This document shows positions 56,231 through 64,000 of a DNA stretch of 64,000 nt, one piece after another. Position 1 is the stretch's first letter. Each line of letters opens with the position of its first letter. Source of the stretch: Octopus vulgaris (Eukaryota); assembly GCA_951406725.2 (NCBI GenBank), contig OX597834.1, forward strand, positions 29,264,001 through 29,328,000, read 5' to 3'. Both the position numbers and the translations under genes were made by a program. The notes beneath the pieces were generated by a model, which saw only the letters and a program-made list of their open reading frames with translations, did no database searches and was not told the origin of the DNA.

Positions 56231-57299
56231 CTGGAAAAGAAAAAAACAGAACAAGAAAAATATAGCAATAAATAAATAAATAACTACTCTCTTTACTCTT
56301 TTACTCTTTTACTTGTTTCAGTCATTTGACTGCGGCCATGCTGGAGCACCGCCTTTAGTCGATCAAATCGACCCCGGGACTTATTCTTTGTAAGCCCAGT
56401 ACTTATTCTATCAGTCTCTTTTGCCGGCACGTAAAAAGCACCCACTACACTCTCGGAGTGGTTGGCGTTAGGAAGTGGTTGGCGTTAGAAACACTGCCAG
56501 ATTTGACTGGGCCTGATGAAGCCTTCTGGATTCACAGACCCCAGTAGAACCGTCCAACCCATGCTAGCATGGAAAACGGACGCTAAACGATGATGATGAT
56601 GATGATGATGATATACGACAGGCTTCTTTCAGTTTCCGTCTACCAAATCCACTCACAAGGCATTGGTCGGCCCGGGGCTATAGCAGAAGACACTTGCCCA
56701 ACTACTACTACTACTACTATTACTGGCTTACTTTGTTCAGTCGTAACATCTGAAGTAAATAGGGTGTTTACAAGACTTCAGACTTCATCTCTACAATCGG
56801 CTCTTTTATTTATCTTCTTAATACATTCAAAACAACTTCTGTCACCAGCATCACCGTTGTTCTCATCCTCACAGTCATCACAATCGTCATCATCAAAATG
56901 CTCCGGCTTCACAATGGGACTCATCATAATCAGTCATCATCATCATCATCATCATCATCATCAATGTTGTTGTCATTGTTGTCATCATCTTTATCAGTGT
57001 GGCTGTGTGGCCCGAGATGACAGTCATTCACCTGTCATTGGCAGGATGATAAGACCAAAGATGAAATGGCCAACAGACGAGAGATAAGCAGAGGATAATA
57101 AGTTTTGAACAGTGGACAGTTACTATGTGTACGTATGTGTAAATGACCACAGACACACGCGTTTCTGCATGCTTATATGTACATATATATTTATCTCTAC
57201 ATATACATATATATCAAATATATATATATATATAAATATAGATACATATATACACACACACACGTATGTATGCATAAACAAACCCATACATAAATACAT

Positions 57300-57622
57300 T
57301 ATACACACATGCATACACACATACATACATGCATACATACATACATGCATTCAGACATACATACATACATGCATGCATGCATACATACATACATACATAC
57401 ATACATACATACATACATACATACTTACATGCATGCAAGCATGCATACATACATACATACATACATACATACATACATACATACATCCATGCATGCATGC
57501 ATGCATGGATACATACATACATACATACATACACATACATACATACATACATACATACATACATACATACATACATACATACATACATACATACATACAT
57601 ACATACATACATACATACATGC

Positions 57623-57653
<31 letters not shown>

Positions 57654-57707
57654 CATACATACATACATACATACATACATACATACATACATACATACAT
57701 ACATACA

Positions 57708-57737
<30 letters not shown>
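57300..57737 (+). repeat. (ATAC)n microsatellite
   Basis: Direct reading. Confidence 0.95.
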
Positions 57738-57739
<2 letters not shown>

Positions 57740-58382
57740 ACCATTTAACAGAGTCTGTTACTCATCACATTTGTCATAAGAAATTTTTGTAAGCTACTGT
57801 CTCTCTTGGCAGAAAGAACACAATAATTATTCCTGATGAGACTGTAAAGATCAGGTGAAACTAGCCAAGTTGTTCTACATTAGAGAACCATGTGATTAAC
57901 CACTGGGCCTATATTCTTTAGGCTTCATTACAGTCAAATGAAGAGTGAAGAGCAATGACAGACCATGGCCAAACATAGGTCCTCATCTTCTAAATCCCCA
58001 ATGCTAAAACTATCTTATGTTAACTGATATCGCCATCAATATCACATCTACGAACTATTTAGTACTTATTAAGTATTTTAAAAGCTGCCTGTGGCAACAC
58101 AACAGGTCATCACACCATAGCAAACACCACAGCACTTTTAGAGGTTCATTTGGAAAACAAGAAACAAAGTTGGGATTACCAGCATCTCATAAGTACTGTT
58201 AAATAACGTACACGCATTTTAAAATGTGATCAAAGTCATGGGACTTAAGTTCAGCCCACAATAATATCCAACCTTGATCTTAAATAATAAACTGAACTAA
58301 TTTCACATGGCTATCACAAGTCTAAATTTTTCCTTGAGAATTTTAAAGACACACACGTATATATATATATCTATATGTTTAC

Positions 58383-58570
58383 CTGCTGTCCATGGACAAG
58401 GGTGAAAGGTCCATTTTGTGTTTTGATTTGAATGTGAGATCTCGTGATGGAATGTCAAACAAGGAGAGGGGTCCAAATGGACAACATGTAGCAAATAGAG
58501 CCATCATTGGTTCTTCAGATTTCAAAGCTTGCCCATGGAGAATACGGATCCAGCCACTAATTTCTAAAGT
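58383..58570 (-). CDS. AHR: AhR coding exon (PAS-A/PAS-B linker and start of PAS-B)
   Basis: ttttccag| ... |gtaaac. 188 nt encode TLEISGWIRILHGQALKSEEPMMALFATCCPFGPLSLFDIPSRDLTFKSKHKMDLSPLSMDS(R), matching the AhR/spineless LHGQ, ALFA and FKSKHKxD motifs. Confidence 0.95.
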
Positions 58571-59846
58571 CTGGAAAAGAAGAAATACATAAATATATAA
58601 ATGAAATGCATAAATTAAATATATAAATTGGCGTCAAATTTTGGCACAAGGGCAACAGTTCCAGCGGGGTGGGGCTTGTCAATTACATCGACCACAGTGC
58701 ACAACTGGTACTAATTCTATTAACCCCGAAAGGATGTAAGGCAAGGTCAACCTCGGCAGAATTAGAACTCGGAATGTGAAGTTTGAATGTAATTCCACTA
58801 AAAGCATTTTGCTCAGTTTGTTAACGATTCGGCCAACTCACTGCCTTTATATAAATGAAAAGCATAAAGTCATAAAATAACTTCTTTAATTTCTAAGTGC
58901 AGGCATAGCACACTTTGTAATCACATGGTTTGGGGTTCAATCCTACTGCATGGCCCCTAGAGCAAGTGACTTCTACTCTAGCCTCAGACCAACCAATGCC
59001 TTCAGAGTGGAATTGGTAGATGGAAACTGATGGAAGTCCATTGTATATATGAATCTATATGTGTGATTATGCATGTGTGTGTGTGTGTATTTGTATGTCT
59101 GTGCATTAAAGTTGTTATTTCTGCTTTTTTACATGTGATTGCTTTAGCATAAAAGAAGTGTTTTTGTGTTTACACTCCCGGTAAACATAATACTCAGAAG
59201 GACAGCATGAAAATAAAAAAACCCTTACTTCTAAAAGGTGGTTAGAAGAAGCACATTTACCTACTAAACACTGCCTAGAATAAGTATTCATCCAACCAAT
59301 GCTGGCATACAAAAATGGATGTAAAATGATGAATGAACGAATTCTGTTTCAATGTTTCTACTATTAGAATTGCTCATGTATTTTACCTTCTTAAAATAAT
59401 TCATCAGTCACTTAGTGCTAGCATGCTAGGTTATTATACAAATGCCCAACATTCTGCTAGCACTAACTGGCTGACATATAGAGCTAATATACCATGGATG
59501 AAGTGTTCTGGATTCTGAATATTTAAACAATCCTCTAATACATGGAGATCTACTTACAGGACTATCTTTCTCTGGTAGTATAGAATTATAAAGTACTTTC
59601 AAAATATAGAGATTTAGTTCTGATAATGTAATGAAGTAATTTTGATATAAAGCCATAAGGATGCTGTAAGAATATAATTTCGATCATATAAGGATCTAAT
59701 CCTATTTTTTACTGCTATTTCAAATCCTTCTTGATCTAAGGCTGTCCGTGTGTATGTGTGTGCGTGTGTGTGTGTGTGTGCATGCATATCTGTGTATAAT
59801 TACACATATACAAATGTCTGTGTGCATGTGTGAGAATAGAGAGAAA

Positions 59847-59884
<38 letters not shown>

Positions 59885-59930
59885 TAAATATAACCATATG
59901 TGATATGTAATGCAAACATTATATACATAC

Positions 59931-59961
<31 letters not shown>

Positions 59962-61745
59962 TGTATGTATGTATGTACGTTTGCTTGCACACACATGCAC
60001 ATGTGTGTTTATCTGTATGTGTATGCATGTACATTTGCAATAAGATTTACAATACCAGTTTTAATTTAATGTTAATATATTACAATGAATCTGATTGGTC
60101 AATAAATCTACTACCTTCTTGAAGCTTACATTGTACATGGAAACTGATTGGTCTCATGTATTCAACCCTCACCTGTTTCCAACCAAGGTAACATCTCTCT
60201 GTGGCCAAACATATTCTTGCAGAATATTGGGAATTACACTGCTCGTATGGCAGAAACAATCATTTTACAATTATCATGCAATGTCAAGACAATGATCTAC
60301 ACACTCACACATGATGGGCTTCTTTGAGTGTCTACTTAGTCCTTTCATAAGGCAGTGGTCGGCCTGGGGCTATAGTAGAAGACTATTTGCCTAAGATGGT
60401 GCCATGATTGGTTAAATACATAAAAGTGTCTTCTGATTGAAATTCCTCACTAATCTCTTTCAACTGTTTATTTGATTAAGATTAATTTCCAAATCAATAG
60501 ATCAGCTACAATTAAAAGCAACACTTAAAAGCAATGCTATGATTGATTACATTTTGGAAATGAGAATATTACTCTCATCTCAGACTGACCAAGTTTCTTC
60601 CATTTTGCAAATTCTTTATTTCTGCAAAGCATTGCATTTTACTAAAATGTCTAATTAAATGTTTATGGTTTCAATGTTGTGGCTGGTTGGATAAAGTATG
60701 GAACCCCGTGACTGATAAATAAAGGGTCAGACTTTCAAATTGCTTGTATGATGGGGATGGTTGCTTACAGCCATGCTATCATATTCAACACAAAGGTACA
60801 CATACACACATATCTACACATATGATGGACTTCTTTCAGTTTTCATCTACCAAATCCACTCACAAGGCTTTGGTCAGCCCAGAGTTAGAGTAGAAGATAC
60901 TTGCCTCAGGTGCCACACAGTGGGATTGAACCCAAGATGATATGGTTAAGAAGTAAGTATCTTAACTTCACATCCACACCTGCACTTCAAAAAAATAATC
61001 ACCAGTAATATACTGGGACTTATATATTGTTAATATTTTTTTATTATCAGCAGAGCAGTGGCTTTGTAGAATTTGTAAACTGTGGGGTGGAGAATTTGAA
61101 AGATTATTAAACCATCAGGAAAGCTGATTGGTAGATTAGTAGATATAGTTGGACACTAGAGGGAAGGTTAAATTTTGAAAAATTGGGCAAGTGTCAGGAT
61201 AGTTTGCTGATGGCTCTAGTAAGACATCAGATGTGAGGTGGGGTAGATGCTAAAAATTGGTAGAGCATCAGAATAGTAGATTGGAGAACCAGTAAAGCAT
61301 CAGGGCGATGGATTAGCAAATGGATAATCATACAAAATCCCTTGCAGTATTTAGTCACAATTCTTAATACAGCCATCTCTATAATATACTTAATGTATAT
61401 ACACCATTGATAGGCCAGTTGCTGCAGTGTTTGCTCTGAGATATCATCTCCTATAGATATACTGTGTTAAAAACACAACAAATATCAGAGAGAGATGAAA
61501 ATTTGTCTCAGTGGTGGTCAGCATGAATGCCCTGATAAATGAATTTGTGATCAACTTAACAAATTAGTATTTAGCAATTTGCATCTGTCAATGTAATCAT
61601 GAAGTGAAGACAGATTTAATGAGAAAAGGGTTCAAATGGAAACACTAGATGTTTATGTAATGAGTCAAAGAGAGAAAAAGGCTTCAAGGATACAGAAGAG
61701 CAAAACAAAGAATGAAAATATGAACAAATGTCAAGTTGGACTTAC

Positions 61746-61819
61746 TATAAAGCCAGATGTATTGTCCAATAAACAGCGGAACCGAACTGTGAAAGACCGG
61801 TGTAAATAATGATTGTTCT
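61746..61819 (-). CDS. AHR: AhR coding exon (end of PAS-A region)
   Basis: ttcttcag| acceptor and |gtaag donor. 74 nt (2+72) encode (E)NNHYLHRSFTVRFRCLLDNTSGFI, the diagnostic AhR/spineless RFRCLLDNxSGF motif. Ends in phase 0, matching the next exon. Confidence 0.95.
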
Positions 61820-63271
61820 CTGAAGAATAACAATTAAAGAAAAAAAACAAAATAAGTCAGGATTAAATAAAATCTCACAAATATTTTTAATTGTTTTAGA
61901 TGAAAGTGGAAAGTGTTGGTAGCGGGGTAAGGTGGGGGTATCTTTTGGAATAACCTTTATGTGTAATGGCACGGGTGGTGGTGGTGGTGGTGGTCATGGT
62001 ATGGATGGCAGTGATTTGATGATTGTGATAGTGATGATAGTCATCATAGTGGTATTGGTGGTGGTGGTGGTGGTGGTGATCATATTATGACAGAAAAAAC
62101 AATGATAAGGAAATGACGATGATAACATAATCATATGGATGATGATGATGATGGTGGTTGTGATGGTGGTGTAAATGGTATGGGTCATGGTATGATGATG
62201 ATGATGATGACAGTGCTGGTAGTAGTAGTGATGGTATGATGTCGGTGGTGAGGATGGTGGCAATGATGATTGTGGTGTTGAGGATGGTGGTGATGATGAT
62301 GGTGGTGGTGATGATGATGGTGGTGGTGATGATGATGGTGGTGGTGATGGTAGGATGGTGCCATGAAAACAAGTTACAGACACAGATAAGAAATTGTTTT
62401 AACATAGAATATAAGAAGCTATTAAAATCATTTCCATTTGAAGTGTTAACCCTTTCAATAACAACGTCCTTCCTAACAGGACCACCCCTGGTGCCATGAG
62501 AGCCAAAATCTCTCATTTCAAATAAAGTGTTCATATTTAAATTAAAACATTCCATCATGATTTTATTTGTTTTTTTTTTTTTGCTAAGTTATACTCCAAA
62601 CATCAGATTAATTTCGAAAAATTTGATTTAATTACTTTACTAAATCTTTCTAAATTCTTGATTATCTTCAAAATTAATTGAAATGTATAGGTTGCATTTA
62701 TTCAGAAATATAGTCATCCAGAAAATGACGAAGGCACTAAAATTCTGCATGCTGTTGCATTATGTATGATTTATTAATGAGCGCTCGTTAGCAATGTAAT
62801 AAATAAGAATCTTTCCAAAAGAACTGTCAACAATACCAGAGCCAATTAGCATAAACCTATATGCAGTCGCTCAGCTTGATAGAAATAGCAGGTAACTCTC
62901 CCAACAAATCTAAGCCTCGCATTTAAAGATTTAAAAAAAAAGAAAGAAAAGGTAGGACACACTAGACAATGTAATATATCCTGTATATGCAAATAGATGA
63001 GGTTGTCATGGCTGGAATCCCTTTCATCATGGGTTGTCGTAATGAATGCTGACAAGAAGGTAAACAACTGGCATAAGATTTTAGGTAAAAATGTTAATTC
63101 TAATTCTTACTGTCTCTATGTCTCTCACTACACATATAAACATATATAAACATAATATGTATATACATACATACACACACATATATACATGCATACACAC
63201 ACACATGCAAACATATATATTTATATTTTAAAGATTAATGGAGAAGACAGATTATAACAAAAAACATTTAT

Positions 63272-63376
63272 TTGCCCAACAGTTGTTTCGGCTTCAACTT
63301 GCTCCCTAGTGAGCGTGAAACGATGCATTAACACCAGATGCAAAACACAAGGGCAAAAGAGCCTCTTCAGATGGCA
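63272..63376 (-). ncRNA. Type-I hammerhead-like ribozyme with extended stem II, in AhR intron, sense orientation
   Basis: Minus strand: tgccat-CTGAAGA-ggct...agcc-GAAA-caactg-TT-gggca. Stem I is imperfect. Confidence 0.55.
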
Positions 63377-63637
63377 GAAGAATAAGTTTATAAGTTCACA
63401 GATTTACATTTCAATTTTGCTTCATGTGGTAAATGGTGGTATCGAGTGATTCTAGCAATTTGGATGCATGTCTGCTAGTGAGGAGGATTTGGATAGGAAT
63501 AAAATACAAGAATAGAAACACAAACCTATATGCAATCCCTCAGCTTGATAGAAATAACAAGCAACTCTCCCAGCAAATCTAAGCCTTCTATTTTATTTAT
63601 ATATATATATATATTTTCTCTCCTTGTTTTTTTCTGT

Positions 63638-63679
63638 GTCCCTTTCTGTAGAAGAGCGTAGGCTCGAAACGTAAGAGAC
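63638..63679 (+). ncRNA. Minimal hammerhead-like motif, A6U family (other copies 42358-42400 + and 17330-17366 -)
   Basis: ttt-CTGTAGA-a-gagc gtag gctc-GAAA-cg-TA-aga. The three copies share the motif and a common ~90-nt downstream tail. Confidence 0.55.
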
Positions 63680-64000
63680 TTTTTCTATGCGTGTTATACT
63701 AATACATCTGTTTGTTTTGTACACCACCTGTCTTCATCTTTTGTTTTTTTCGTAAACTATCCCTATATATATATATAATATATATACATAATGTTTGTGT
63801 GTACACACACATGGCCTGTGTGGTAAGTAGCTTGCTAACCAACCACATGGTTGCAGGTTCAGTCCACTGCGTGGCATCTTGGGCAAGTGTCTTCTGCTAT
63901 AGCCCTGGGCCGACCTTGTGAGTGGATTTGGTAGACGGAAACTGAAAGAAGCCTGTCATATATATGAATATATATATATATGTGTGTGTGTGTTTGTGTG

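Noticed and set aside
61759-61808. Apparent degenerate hammerhead on + (acag...ctgt GAAA gaccggtg TA)
   Set aside because: It is the antisense of the AhR exon encoding RSFTVRFRCLLDNT. This shows that by-eye hammerhead calls with damaged cores can be false positives.
61820-64000. Search for upstream AhR bHLH/PAS-A exons and promoter
   Set aside because: No matching translation found; they presumably lie beyond the window end.

Overview
Eukaryotic, AT-rich DNA dense in microsatellites and SINEs. The repeat landscape looks like an octopus/coleoid cephalopod genome (inference). One protein-coding gene is supportable: the 3' part of an aryl hydrocarbon receptor (AhR/spineless-type bHLH-PAS) gene on the minus strand. 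I reconstructed six coding exons by hand with phase-consistent GT-AG junctions: 61746-61819, 58383-58570, 56124-56230, 50627-50768, 46676-48337 and probably 40653-40896, about 800 aa covering the end of PAS-A, PAS-B and a long polyQ tail. The bHLH and most PAS-A exons lie beyond the window. Almost all other ORFs in the track are microsatellite or SINE artefacts. The rest is transposon debris: four SINE-like families, R4/Dong and CR1 LINE fragments, a fold-back mariner, MITEs with clean TSDs and a Helitron. The most unusual signal is a set of at least seven unrelated short repeat families that each carry a minimal type-I hammerhead-ribozyme fold (Penelope-like pseudo-LTR style). Several have non-canonical cores (compensatory A3:U8 and U3:A8, a fixed A6U with free N7), several sit in near-perfect inverted repeats, and two lie sense within AhR introns. 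All folds were read by eye and none has been tested for activity.
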